64,000 bases of DNA. It comes from Candidatus Thorarchaeota archaeon. GTDB taxonomy: Archaea; Asgardarchaeota; Thorarchaeia; Thorarchaeales; Thorarchaeaceae. Under the pieces are notes generated by a model. It did no database searches, was not told the DNA's origin, and was given only the letters and a program-made list of their open reading frames with translations. The stretch is from contig JAFGAR010000088.1 in assembly GCA_016933575.1 (NCBI GenBank), positions 1 through 64,000 on the forward strand, read 5' to 3'. The position numbers and the translations under genes were made by a program. Position 1 is the first letter of the stretch; the number at the start of each line of letters is the position of its first letter. Shown piece after piece: positions 18,628-28,773 of the stretch.

Positions 18628-19533
18628 CTATTTAGTAGGCTGTGTGAATAACCATTCGATAAGACCTGTACCTTGTAATCCAAGTTCTTCGCATTGATGA
18701 ATTGCCATTCCTTCATAGAGATCAGTCCGACCTTCAGGAAATTCACGAGTAAATCTGACGTAACTATTTGATGAGATTAGCTGGGATCTGAGAGTGTATA
18801 CTATCCCATCGTGATCTAGTATTGTTGTCTTTGCGCCGATTGGTATTCCTGAATTCGGATGGGTTTCTGTTGTGAGTTCTATACGCTCTATGGGTATATG
18901 AGCATCTAAGCTGCTAATCCCTCCAGAAGGATAAGCAGTCCCTTTGACCAAATCTCTTCGAAGACCGATAGATAAATTATCAAATTGAGCGTGAAGAGCG
19001 AACCAACTCTCGATATGCCAATCTCTGGAACCCCAGCTCTTGTCCCGCTGACCGAGGCCATTGAACTTCAGAATTCTACCATCTGAGAATGTGAGAGTAC
19101 CATGGGGTGAGCCAGATTGCTCAAAATGACCAGACCAAGAGGTCCCACTCCCACTACCGAAGTCATAGACAGGAAATCGACCCGGCCAGACAATATCAGC
19201 CTTGAGATTCTTGCCGAGATAGGTTATTCGCCACTCTTTGAGAGGTTTCGTCAGGTCAAATCTCAATGTCCCATCTGACAATGCCTCTGAAAGATTGCCT
19301 GAGAAATTACCACTTGGTTCTTCAAAATGAACTTCGCGCTTATCATGATCATAGAAGAGTGTAAATACAAACTCTCTCTTTCCAATATTGGGAAGAAGAC
19401 CTATGGTGGAAAATCCAGACACACCTGCATCAAGATCCACCCAGTTGAAATAATAGCTCTCGCGCCAATTTGGTTTCTTATCTGCATCATGGACGTATTC
19501 ATCAGTTTCTGAAAGCATTGGCATTTCTGTCAC
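18628..19533 (-). CDS. Uncharacterised beta-rich protein, probably AttH/CrtC/tocopherol-cyclase-like fold
   Basis: WRESYYFNW, HFEQSG and GLGQRDKSWGSRDW motifs; fold call is by motif recognition only. Confidence 0.6.
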   Translation of the reverse strand: MTEMPMLSETDEYVHDADKKPNWRESYYFNWVDLDAGVSGFSTIGLLPNIGKREFVFTLFYDHDKREVHFEEPSGNFSGNLSEALSDGTLRFDLTKPLKEWRITYLGKNLKADIVWPGRFPVYDFGSGSGTSWSGHFEQSGSPHGTLTFSDGRILKFNGLGQRDKSWGSRDWHIESWFALHAQFDNLSIGLRRDLVKGTAYPSGGISSLDAHIPIERIELTTETHPNSGIPIGAKTTILDHDGIVYTLRSQLISSNSYVRFTREFPEGRTDLYEGMAIHQCEELGLQGTGLIEWLFTQPTK

Positions 19534-19545
19534 AATCAGACACTC

Positions 19546-20712
19546 CTATTCTGGGAGTAGGTATAGAGTTGGATCTTCTTCCATCTCATCATCAAAACGA
19601 CCAAATCTTATGAAAGCAGGATCTGCATCGTTATCCATAAAGAAGGGGACATACTCGTCGATTACTGCTTGAGATAGTTTCCAGTCAATCTTGTCTGTTA
19701 TTCCAACCTGATTTGTATAGCGTGCGTAGCATCTCCAATAAGCTTCAGCTCCAGCAATCATGAGCTTTTCCTTATCCCACTCAGCAAATCGCAGATAGAG
19801 TTCCGTCTGTGCAGCATCTGCAGCATCAGCATAGGCTTGTAATTCATCTAGACCTACAGGGACTATCTTGGTACCATGTTTTGTATAAGCACAGGCATTA
19901 GTGACCAACCGGGAGTAATCACCTGGTTCAACAGTCACAGTCCCAATATCATTGAAGAATGACGTACATCCTTTCAGTGTCATAGCAATGCCTAAAGATG
20001 CAGAGGGAAGCTTGGTTTCAGTATCGGACCAGGGTAACCAGAGATCCTCCTTTCCATCATGAAGATGGGTGTATTCTGATATGATTAATACCTCATCCTT
20101 GGAAACTGGAAAAGGGCCATGATCGATAATTTTTGCACGGGCCTCACATTCATCCATGAAAGCATACAGGTCGACTGAACCAATGTTTCTGCGAATGCTA
20201 CGTACCTGTTCTTCGGTGACTGGTTCGAGATTGTCTTTCACCCAATCAAGACTGTCAGTATTCAAAGCAAGATTGACACCGCCTGAAGAGGCAACAGTGG
20301 GTTTTCCAGAATTGAAGTAATTAGTTCCTAGTTTGTACCATTGTTCAAGCATCCATTTCCATTGCTCCTGCTTCTCTCTTGATTCCTTGGAGGGATCACT
20401 ATCGAACTTGTTGAAGATTATCCCCATTCGAGCCAAACTATAGTAGAGCCACAGGTAGGTAATGGAAAGGGCTTGAATCTCAGAGAGTAGTGTCTTACTT
20501 CTCTTAGCAAGTTCTTCAGGGGTGATTCGCTCCCATACCTGCTTCATTACATCGTGGAGATGATAATAGGTCTGGTAGAAACTCACACTGATGTATTCAT
20601 TGACTGGAAAGAGCTTGGATTCTAACAACCCGCGTTCCGCAAGTATATCAGAAAATACGCAAGATAGATGTGTAAGCTGTTCATTGATTTTTGATATTTC
20701 CAATTCAATCAT
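19546..20712 (-). CDS. Conserved hypothetical protein; candidate substrate-binding subunit of a split dikinase-type phosphotransferase
   Basis: 388-aa soluble ORF with GAGG SD, divergent from the PEP-utiliser domain genes; function inferred from context only. Confidence 0.6.
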   Translation of the reverse strand: MIELEISKINEQLTHLSCVFSDILAERGLLESKLFPVNEYISVSFYQTYYHLHDVMKQVWERITPEELAKRSKTLLSEIQALSITYLWLYYSLARMGIIFNKFDSDPSKESREKQEQWKWMLEQWYKLGTNYFNSGKPTVASSGGVNLALNTDSLDWVKDNLEPVTEEQVRSIRRNIGSVDLYAFMDECEARAKIIDHGPFPVSKDEVLIISEYTHLHDGKEDLWLPWSDTETKLPSASLGIAMTLKGCTSFFNDIGTVTVEPGDYSRLVTNACAYTKHGTKIVPVGLDELQAYADAADAAQTELYLRFAEWDKEKLMIAGAEAYWRCYARYTNQVGITDKIDWKLSQAVIDEYVPFFMDNDADPAFIRFGRFDDEMEEDPTLYLLPE

Positions 20713-20870
20713 CCTCAGAGGTCATGCGTTCATTGTTGAAACGATGACTCTAAGCTTCGTGGTATTAAGTCATTCGAGAGTGTGGAGGGTCAATTTCTAG
20801 AGAATGAAACCAAGAGCCATCACTCTTATAATGGAGAATTCGTGCTAGAGAGAGAACTTCTAAGGATGGA

Positions 20871-21230
20871 TTGGCTGAATTGAAGAAGGTCGGGCAAGGC
20901 CTAATTTCACTGAAACTAGGAGCAGAAGGAGAATTGCGATATATCACATCTGTTCAGGAAGTTGTTCATCTCTTAAAGGAGGGGGCTGATGGGAAGATTG
21001 TCCTTGTAGATGATGCAGGTACAACATTCTTGGCGCCGATTCTTTCTAAACTAGCAGGTGTTGTCTGCATGTCAGGTGCACTTGGATCTCATCTAGCTAT
21101 TGTTACACGTGAGTTTGAAATTCCAGCATTGATGGGTGTAAAAATAGAGAATCCAAAAGAGCTGGAGAAGAAATTCGTTGCGATTAGACCTGATGATGGA
21201 GCATCTGGAGCTCTATTTGTTGAGGATTGA
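20871..21230 (+). CDS. Stand-alone phosphohistidine swivelling (PEP-utilising enzyme mobile) domain
   Basis: GALGSHLAIVTREFEIPALMG signature with His74. Confidence 0.88.
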   Translation: MAELKKVGQGLISLKLGAEGELRYITSVQEVVHLLKEGADGKIVLVDDAGTTFLAPILSKLAGVVCMSGALGSHLAIVTREFEIPALMGVKIENPKELEKKFVAIRPDDGASGALFVED

Positions 21231-21246
21231 TAGGAGGTTTAAGTTC

Positions 21247-22242
21247 TTGGACAAAGAGAAGAAATCCTTGACTCAATCATTGGATTGCGTTCTACCAGAG
21301 GAGGTCGATCTTCATGGAGGGAAGGCTACAAATCTTGCAAGCTTGTGTCGTAAGGGATTTCTTGTCCCGAGAGGATTTTCAATATCAGCAGAGAATTTTG
21401 TACAAATGAAGACAGAAAATCCAGATGTAGTTCGAATAATAAAAAAACTTGAGAATCTGGATGATTTTGATGAGATAATAGAACTTGTACCAAAGCTTGA
21501 AACTCTGATAGCAGGTTACAAACTAAGTGACGACTTGAAATCTGCTATCGAGGGGGAGTTTGAGAGATTAGAAGATGGGCGAAGTTCAGAGTGGGGTTAT
21601 GCCATTCGTTCCTCAGCAACTATTGAAGACAGCAAGGATGTTTCCTTTGCCGGGCAGGCTATGAGCTTTCTTTGTGTCAGAGATATTTCACATCTTTTTG
21701 ATGCTGTGAAGCAGGTTTGGGGATCTACATTTTCACTAAATGCAATCATCTATCTTAAGACAAAAGGAATTCCAATTTCAAAAGTCAAAATGGCTGTGGT
21801 AATTCAAGAGATGATACCTGCAAGTATCTCAGGAGTGATGTTCACATCCAATGTTGTAACAAATAATTCCAAAGAGATGTTGATCAATGCCACATGGGGC
21901 CTAGGAGAAGCTCTTGTTTCAGGAAAAGTAATTCCAGATACCTATATTCTCGCAAAGAGTCCTCTTAGTATTGTCCAGCAAGAGAAGGGAATGAAAGAAG
22001 TGACTTCTACTGCATTAGTCACTGATAATGGTATTCAATCCGTTCTAGAGGAAACACCAAAGGAAAGGAGGGAGCAATTCACATTGGATGAGCGATCTCT
22101 TCTGAAGGTTGCTGAACTAGGTCTAGAGATTGAGAAACAAATGAAAGCCCCTCAAGACATTGAGTGGTGTATGAGAACCAATGGTGAACTTGTGATTCTT
22201 CAATCACGACCAATAACGACACTTAGTGACCTCTCATTGTAG
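21247..22242 (+). CDS. Stand-alone PEP/pyruvate-binding ATP-grasp domain (PEP synthase N-terminal-like)
   Basis: GGKATNL, VPRGF, AIRSSATIED..SFAGQ, MAVVIQEM, SGVMFT, WGLGEALVSG, PQDIEW, LQSRPIT; TTG 21247 follows GGAGGT. Confidence 0.9.
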   Translation: MDKEKKSLTQSLDCVLPEEVDLHGGKATNLASLCRKGFLVPRGFSISAENFVQMKTENPDVVRIIKKLENLDDFDEIIELVPKLETLIAGYKLSDDLKSAIEGEFERLEDGRSSEWGYAIRSSATIEDSKDVSFAGQAMSFLCVRDISHLFDAVKQVWGSTFSLNAIIYLKTKGIPISKVKMAVVIQEMIPASISGVMFTSNVVTNNSKEMLINATWGLGEALVSGKVIPDTYILAKSPLSIVQQEKGMKEVTSTALVTDNGIQSVLEETPKERREQFTLDERSLLKVAELGLEIEKQMKAPQDIEWCMRTNGELVILQSRPITTLSDLSL

Positions 22243-22516
22243 CAAGAGAGTCACCAGGTTTTACAGTGATTGCATGTTCTGGACAGATTGAAACACATTT
22301 CATACATCCAGTGCATTTAGAGAGCCATATGGCATCGATTCTCCAAATTTCGGGATTATGAGGATCTGGATGATCTTCCAAAGTGGGATGCATTAGAAAC
22401 ACTGCAGGATCACAGACATGAAGACATTTTCTACAGTCACGAGGATCAGTACTTGCACCAGTGTGACATTTGGAATAGTCAATCTTGATAATTGTTTTCT
22501 TAACCACCCATACCAC
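22223..22516 (-). CDS. 4Fe-4S ferredoxin-like protein
   Basis: C-x8-CRKCLHVC and CTGCMKCVSICP. Confidence 0.85.
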   Translation of the reverse strand: MVWVVKKTIIKIDYSKCHTGASTDPRDCRKCLHVCDPAVFLMHPTLEDHPDPHNPEIWRIDAIWLSKCTGCMKCVSICPEHAITVKPGDSLATMRGH

Positions 22517-22517
22517 C

Positions 22518-23396
22518 TCAGTATTTTCCTGCCTGTCCCGGAACGGACTCTCTTGGGATTAATTTGAGCGCATCATGATTACATGCATGTCTGCATACAC
22601 CGCAGCCAAAACATTTGTCCAAATCTACTATCACACGCTTTACTGATGGAAGGTACCTTAGTGCATTAAATTGGCACATTCTTACGCAGGACTTGCAGCC
22701 TTGGCATTTGTCAATGTCAATATCTATCACATATTCGCCCTTATAGACAGTCTTCAGATTAAAGTCATTGCGAAGTCTGAGACCTCCGCATTCGGGACTT
22801 TCACACGAACAGATTGCATTGATGTAAGGTACTGGTTGGAACCAGACAGAGGCAACATAGCCCTTCTCATTCTGCTCTTGGAGAGCTTGGATTGCTTCTT
22901 CTCTGTCAAGGCGATACTTGACTCCTTCAGGAATATACCGTGTGTGTTTCTCAATTACCTCAGATAATTGACCAAAATTGATACATACTGCATCCTTTAC
23001 GCCTCGCTGCATCCATCGACAGACACAGTAGTTCTTAATGATAGGTTCTGCAGCTAGATTCCCGATAATATGTTGAGCATCTTCAAGGGGAAGTACCTGC
23101 CCAAAATGGCCATCTGCTCTAACGGGATTTCTATTCTTCTTTTCGCTGTGAATCTGGCCTTCAACAACTTTACGAATCACTCTCCCAATAATAGGCATCT
23201 GCATTTTATAGCCTAGACCAATCGAATTGAATCCCATTATCTTTCTGATGAAGAGAGTTTCCATATTCTTCCATTGTTCATTGAGATATTCACTGGCGTT
23301 GTACTCGTCAGCTAGCTCATTTCTATAGAGTCGAGCGTTGTTGTACCACTTGCCACCATCACCGTGTTTGAAGCACCATTCACACATTGATATCAC
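22518..23396 (-). CDS. Iron-sulfur protein with C-terminal 2x[4Fe-4S] domain
   Basis: CQGCKSCVRMC, CFGCGVCRHAC, plus MCEWC..HG, CVCR, ICSC. Confidence 0.85.
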   Translation of the reverse strand: MISMCEWCFKHGDGGKWYNNARLYRNELADEYNASEYLNEQWKNMETLFIRKIMGFNSIGLGYKMQMPIIGRVIRKVVEGQIHSEKKNRNPVRADGHFGQVLPLEDAQHIIGNLAAEPIIKNYCVCRWMQRGVKDAVCINFGQLSEVIEKHTRYIPEGVKYRLDREEAIQALQEQNEKGYVASVWFQPVPYINAICSCESPECGGLRLRNDFNLKTVYKGEYVIDIDIDKCQGCKSCVRMCQFNALRYLPSVKRVIVDLDKCFGCGVCRHACNHDALKLIPRESVPGQAGKY

Positions 23397-23571
23397 CCTT
23401 AGCAGTTAGAGATATTTTCTCAGTTCATTTGCAATATTTAAGGGTCTTGTACACATAGTAAGATACGAAATTGGTTCTAAATGCGCATTTAGAAGAGATA
23501 AGTGAGATGTGGTGCTTTTATTGTAATCAGTCGTTTAATCTTTGGTCAAATCCAATGGTGGTTAGAAATCG

Positions 23572-24264
23572 TTGCAAATAATACTCGATATGACAACAAT
23601 GGCTAATATTGCTACAATTTTATTCTCAGCCGTAATGGCCACATTTCTCTTTTCTCTATGGTATCGCCAAGAGAACAGATTGTATTCAGATCTTCCGCTT
23701 ATGTTTGGAATAACGCTGCTAACGCAAGCTATCAACAATTTCATACTCATAATACCAGTCTTAGGAATTGCTCCAGCGTCTCTGGAACTCTTCAGATTTA
23801 GATCCCTTGTCATAATTGGAACTGCATTTCCGATGCTAGTAGTTCTCATAACTATCTGGTTACCAAGACTGAAACGACATCATAGCAAAATCCTTGGTTT
23901 GTTAGCAGTTTATTGGGTGACTGTTGCCCTATTAGGCCCTTCAGAGGCAATAATCATGATGCTCCATCTTCCCGTCATTGCAGTGATGACACTTGGGATG
24001 ATTGTGACGTTTTCAATTACTTGGAAAACAAATCGACTCAAAGAAGTCCGTAGCGATTATATGGTTTTATCCTTTATTCTAGGATTCGCTGGGCAAGTGG
24101 GTAAAGTTCCAATGATGAACATGGGTCTCGATGTTCTCGGTCACCTCATTAATGCAGTTGCTACAGTACTTATCGCACTGGCTCTATACAATCCTTGGTA
24201 TAGACGAGAGAAAGCTGTTTTGGCAAAGACAGAAGATACACCAATGGCATCAGTGACAATCTAG
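23572..24264 (+). CDS. Multi-pass (about 7 TM) membrane protein
   Basis: Hydrophobic helices; the true start may be a few codons downstream. Confidence 0.7.
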   Translation: MQIILDMTTMANIATILFSAVMATFLFSLWYRQENRLYSDLPLMFGITLLTQAINNFILIIPVLGIAPASLELFRFRSLVIIGTAFPMLVVLITIWLPRLKRHHSKILGLLAVYWVTVALLGPSEAIIMMLHLPVIAVMTLGMIVTFSITWKTNRLKEVRSDYMVLSFILGFAGQVGKVPMMNMGLDVLGHLINAVATVLIALALYNPWYRREKAVLAKTEDTPMASVTI

Positions 24265-24283
24265 TAAGGAGGCTACGTTTTAG

Positions 24284-25207
24284 ATGACTGTATTAGAAAC
24301 TGGCCGTGAGATTGAGCAGAGGCCAGCAGAAAGTAAGCCCTTTCTATCAAGAATTGAGCTTTTGCCTCTTGCCCTCATTTTGATTACAATAGCAGTAGTC
24401 TGGAGACAGATTGATATCTTCATTCTCGGACTTGGCGATACTTGGATGAACATTCTGCCTAACAAATTATTCACAATGCTAATTATTCTCGGAATTTTTT
24501 GGAGATATAGAAGGAGTGAGATTGAACCAATTCTGGGTCTGAGTCGGAACAATTTGAGAACTCAGCTTGCTATGGGCACAATCATCGGTCTTGTGATGAT
24601 CTTCTTCATGGACTCCTTACCTGTCATCCTCTACGGTACATTCATAGACACAGCATATCCACTCAATCTGAATATCATCGCTATCAATATGCTCTGGTAT
24701 CAATTTCTCTTCTTTCTATGCAATGCTGTAGTAGAGGAGAGCCTATTTCGTGGAATGCTACAGAATGGTCTGAATACCTATACAACTCCGAACCGTGCAA
24801 TACTGATCTCTGCAATAATTTTTGGGATATATCATGTCTGCTGGCCAATTCTAAAACTACTCACTGGAGGTTTCAATGCAGGTGAAGCCTTCTCTATGCT
24901 TCTCTTCTCTGGAATCACTGGAGGATTCTTTGGAATATACTATGAAAAATTCAGCTCAAGAAAGTCCTTGATGGGACCAATCGCAGCTCACACGTTAATC
25001 AATTTCATCAATGAGAACTTCAAGATTGGTCCAGAGATCGCGGATCAAGGACCAGATCTAGCATTTGGGAACCCTGCAATACTTGGGATTGCAGCAGTGA
25101 TGTTCCTTGTCACGATGACTTTTCTGATAGCTTTTGTCTGGCGTTATAGAATTGAGAGTGTACAAGTAGCTTGGAAGAAATTCGTGAGTGTGTTCACAAA
25201 GGAATAG
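24284..25207 (+). CDS. CPBP/Abi (CAAX type II) intramembrane glutamic protease
   Basis: EESLFRG, FGIYH, AHTLIN motifs. Confidence 0.9.
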   Translation: MTVLETGREIEQRPAESKPFLSRIELLPLALILITIAVVWRQIDIFILGLGDTWMNILPNKLFTMLIILGIFWRYRRSEIEPILGLSRNNLRTQLAMGTIIGLVMIFFMDSLPVILYGTFIDTAYPLNLNIIAINMLWYQFLFFLCNAVVEESLFRGMLQNGLNTYTTPNRAILISAIIFGIYHVCWPILKLLTGGFNAGEAFSMLLFSGITGGFFGIYYEKFSSRKSLMGPIAAHTLINFINENFKIGPEIADQGPDLAFGNPAILGIAAVMFLVTMTFLIAFVWRYRIESVQVAWKKFVSVFTKE

Positions 25208-25226
25208 GAAATTTTAGTAAAATTAG

Positions 25227-25260
25227 AGATCATCACGATTTGTGATGATCTTTATTTTTT
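25227..25260 (+). terminator. Hairpin plus U-tract terminator
   Basis: 10-bp stem AGATCATCAC/GTGATGATCT followed by TTATTTTTT. Confidence 0.65.
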
Positions 25261-25347
25261 CATTTTCGGACCGATTGAACTGAGAATAGCTCCTAGAAAC
25301 CCTTTTTTCACACGATATAGTATATGAAAAGGTAGAGGAATCACCTT

Positions 25348-27444
25348 ATGATTAGACTAATTGGTGTTTTGACAACAGGTGGCATTCCTATCAAAATCAA
25401 GAGTTCTATGGATGCAGAGGGAGAGCTGATACTAGGACCTCTCATAGAAGCAGCAAAAGCCCTTAGTGCTGTCATTGGCAGTGGAGAAGTAAGGAAACTT
25501 GGATTCAAGAATAACACCTTAATTGTTACAGAAACCAAGAAAGGTTACACAATTGTTGCACTTGTGGGTAAAGCAGAAGACTACATGGATACACTGCTTA
25601 GAATACTTGCTGATGCAATCGATGATTCGGAAATACCGAGAGCTGATGGTCTTGTTGATGAAATTCATGTGAGAGTGATAGACAAGATTATTGGCACCTA
25701 TATTAGGGACAATATTGAGATTGGATTCCCTGAAACAATATCAGATATCTGGACACCAATACTCAATGCATTGAAGAGAGATAATAGGTTATCAAGAGCT
25801 GTCAATGATATTGAGGGCTTACTAAAGAGGGAAATCCCTACTGAAGCATGGAACAATCTCAGGAATGAAGTCAGTGGGTCACTTGAGGATGCTCTCAAGT
25901 ATGCATTAGAGGGGGAGTACGATCGAGCATGTGCTGTAGCAATGGACATAGACAAACCAATAGCCAGAGTGTTCTGTATCAAAATGGGAGCATTAGCACA
26001 TACGATGACTAAAGCGATTGCACCACCACTATCAACACTGCGAGAGATTTCAAAAAGCCTTCAAGATGATTATCCATTCACAAATCTTGCCAGAACCCTT
26101 ATTGAGTACATATCAGGAGAACGGATTCCTGCGGATTATTCTAGGGCTTTTAGAGAAGCTATCAAACAATTCAATTTCAATGATGAGAAAGAGAGTCTTA
26201 TTCTTGGGTTTCTATTCTTAGATCCACGAGTAGTAGACTACAAAGATTTCGCGTTCAAAATAGTGAAGTTATATCGAGGAAAATCCGAAGTTTTCAGTAC
26301 ATTCATTGAAACTATCAATGAACGTGGAAATCTCTTTGAAAAGCTATATTCGATAACAAGCTATGATGGATTCCGGGACGAATTAGGGGTCTATAAGACA
26401 AGAATAACTGGAATTCTAGGAAGTATAAATTGGGTTCTTGATTCAGACCTGCTATGGGAACTTAAGAAAGAGGGTAAAGGAATCGAGATTGGTATTCTAG
26501 CTTCATTACAATTACAAAACTACATTGCAATACTCACAGCGCTTACTGAATCGCCAGTGCTTACTATCGGCGAACGAAAAGAAATCCTTGAAGAAGTCCT
26601 TATGCTATACAATGACTATTTTCGAGGACTCATGAAGGCGGATATTCCCCTCTTCAGTTATACTATTGACAGCGTGGCGCAAAGCTTGAGTGTGGCTAAT
26701 GCAGAATATTACTGCCTAGCTACTGGTGATGCTCGTAATGAGCATTTGAATCGATGCTGTGCATTTCTTAGTGATATCTATCAGATTATTAATGTCGAAT
26801 GGCCAAAAGCACAAATCCGTTTTCCACTATTTGTGGTTCTTAATGCTCTAGGTCCTATACTCACACGAGCTGACATGTTACCTTTAGAAGAGGTGTATTT
26901 GGCATATCTCGCGATGCGCCTCCTTGATACTAATACCATAGATGCAACACAAATAACTCGACCTGAATACTATGCAACATATCTTGGAAACACAACAACC
27001 ACATTAACAGCTTTAGCATCAAAACTATTGGAAGGCGATGAACGGCTTAGAGTTCTCAAGACATGTGTCGATGTAATTCTCGACGTTCAAGAGTGGTTCA
27101 TTTCTCATGGAGTTATTTGTCGGGATGATATCTTTTCTGCAAGTTTTCACGCATCACTCATCATTGAATCCCTCGACGATAATACACTAGAAAAGGTAGC
27201 TAAACGAGTAATAGCACTCAATAGAGTGGCTGTACAAGATCAGTCCAAGTATGATTATGAGGTGGCTATGATAGGAAGCCCACTCATAGAGATATTGTTC
27301 CATACATGGAAGCGATTGAATGACGAGAGATACCTCAGTCTAGCAAGGCAATCGTATGATTCTGCGTATAGAGCGTGGACTAAGTATGGATTTCAAGAGA
27401 AAGCAGAGAACTTTAAGATAAAATATGGTCATGTCTGGCGGTAG
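25348..27444 (+). CDS. Large protein with N-terminal longin-like domain and helical C-terminal region
   Basis: N-terminal MIRLIGVLTTGGIPI...LILGPLIEA...GEVRKLGF beta-beta-alpha-beta pattern typical of Asgard longins. Confidence 0.6.
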   Translation: MIRLIGVLTTGGIPIKIKSSMDAEGELILGPLIEAAKALSAVIGSGEVRKLGFKNNTLIVTETKKGYTIVALVGKAEDYMDTLLRILADAIDDSEIPRADGLVDEIHVRVIDKIIGTYIRDNIEIGFPETISDIWTPILNALKRDNRLSRAVNDIEGLLKREIPTEAWNNLRNEVSGSLEDALKYALEGEYDRACAVAMDIDKPIARVFCIKMGALAHTMTKAIAPPLSTLREISKSLQDDYPFTNLARTLIEYISGERIPADYSRAFREAIKQFNFNDEKESLILGFLFLDPRVVDYKDFAFKIVKLYRGKSEVFSTFIETINERGNLFEKLYSITSYDGFRDELGVYKTRITGILGSINWVLDSDLLWELKKEGKGIEIGILASLQLQNYIAILTALTESPVLTIGERKEILEEVLMLYNDYFRGLMKADIPLFSYTIDSVAQSLSVANAEYYCLATGDARNEHLNRCCAFLSDIYQIINVEWPKAQIRFPLFVVLNALGPILTRADMLPLEEVYLAYLAMRLLDTNTIDATQITRPEYYATYLGNTTTTLTALASKLLEGDERLRVLKTCVDVILDVQEWFISHGVICRDDIFSASFHASLIIESLDDNTLEKVAKRVIALNRVAVQDQSKYDYEVAMIGSPLIEILFHTWKRLNDERYLSLARQSYDSAYRAWTKYGFQEKAENFKIKYGHVWR

Positions 27445-27661
27445 ACATCCATATGGTATGATATAATGAATCTTAGATCAAAATATCAGCCTTGTACGTA
27501 TCTTCTGCAAAAAAGCTGCATAGTATAGACTTCAAAATTCTAGGAGCTATTGTAGATCCTAAAGTGACGATTTTTCTTGTGTAAACTTGCGTCGACCCTA
27601 CTATATTAGATAATATGAAGGAGAAGAAGCCTTGGTGACCAAGACCATGATTGGATTCCAT

Positions 27662-28735
27662 ATGAAAAGGCTGTATCCTCGTCATTATGTGCTAGTTCTA
27701 TCTCTACTATTGATTCTCACAGTAAATGTAGGAGTGATTGACTCATTTCAGATTGATATGACTGAGCATGCAACAGAACCTACTAAGATATTATTGGTTC
27801 TGGACCACGAGTATGGGATGAATGTCTATTTCATCATTACAATCTTCGAGCGTTATGGCTGGGAAATTACAACCACAGCGCTCAATAAGACGGTATCAAG
27901 TTGTGACTACCAAGTTGACACCCCGTTTGAGGTGGACTTTCTTCTCTCAGATATTAGTAATGTAGCAGTCTACGACGCAATTTCGATAATGCCAGGAGAA
28001 TCCCATGAAAACCTACGAACTAATGCGACTGCATTGAATCTCATCCAAACAGCTGTACAGCAGAATGTGATAGTAAGCGCTTGGTGTCGAGCAGTGCGAG
28101 TCCTTGCTGCAGCAGATGTGATAGATGGGAAGAATGTAACAGGTAATGCAGAATATTCGCTTGAATATGAGGCGGCTGGAGCAACGTTCTTCGAGCTAGT
28201 CCCACCAATTATTGACGGGAACATTGTGACTGGTGTCAGGAGTAGATTCTATAGAGAAGAGATGTGTCAGGCTATTGCAACTGCCGTCGGGGTCTATGAA
28301 GATAATCCCCCAACTCTAGTTAGTGTTGTAGTAAATCCAGAGATTGTTGAAATTAACACAAATGTACAAGTGACTGTAGATCTTGAGGATGTAACTGGTA
28401 TCAATCAAGTTAACTGTAAAGTGTTTGAATTGAATGACACAGGATTCCGCATTTCCACAGAACCACTCTATGATGTGAAGCTGGAGCAGATGTCCTCAGA
28501 GCTCTCATTCAATGGAACAATAACAGATTTGGCAATTGGTAACTACTCGATAGATATTATTGCATATGATGTTTATCTGAATCAAGCTGAATTTGTTGAT
28601 GTTGCAGGAGTTCTTGTGGTTGAAGAAATCCCACAGGATACCGGGCTTGGTCTCTTTCAATGGTTTATTCTTGGCGGTGCAACTACTGCCATTGTCGGCC
28701 TAGCTGCACTAGGATTCTTTCTGAGAAAGAGGTGA
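27662..28735 (+). CDS. Surface-anchored DJ-1/PfpI family protein
   Basis: Signal peptide, YDAISIMPG, SAWCRA nucleophile Cys, DGNIVTG, Ig-like region, C-terminal TM + RKR. Confidence 0.8.
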   Translation: MKRLYPRHYVLVLSLLLILTVNVGVIDSFQIDMTEHATEPTKILLVLDHEYGMNVYFIITIFERYGWEITTTALNKTVSSCDYQVDTPFEVDFLLSDISNVAVYDAISIMPGESHENLRTNATALNLIQTAVQQNVIVSAWCRAVRVLAAADVIDGKNVTGNAEYSLEYEAAGATFFELVPPIIDGNIVTGVRSRFYREEMCQAIATAVGVYEDNPPTLVSVVVNPEIVEINTNVQVTVDLEDVTGINQVNCKVFELNDTGFRISTEPLYDVKLEQMSSELSFNGTITDLAIGNYSIDIIAYDVYLNQAEFVDVAGVLVVEEIPQDTGLGLFQWFILGGATTAIVGLAALGFFLRKR

Positions 28736-28773
28736 AAACGTAGTTAGCAAGTAGGAAGTCAATTACTTCCTAC

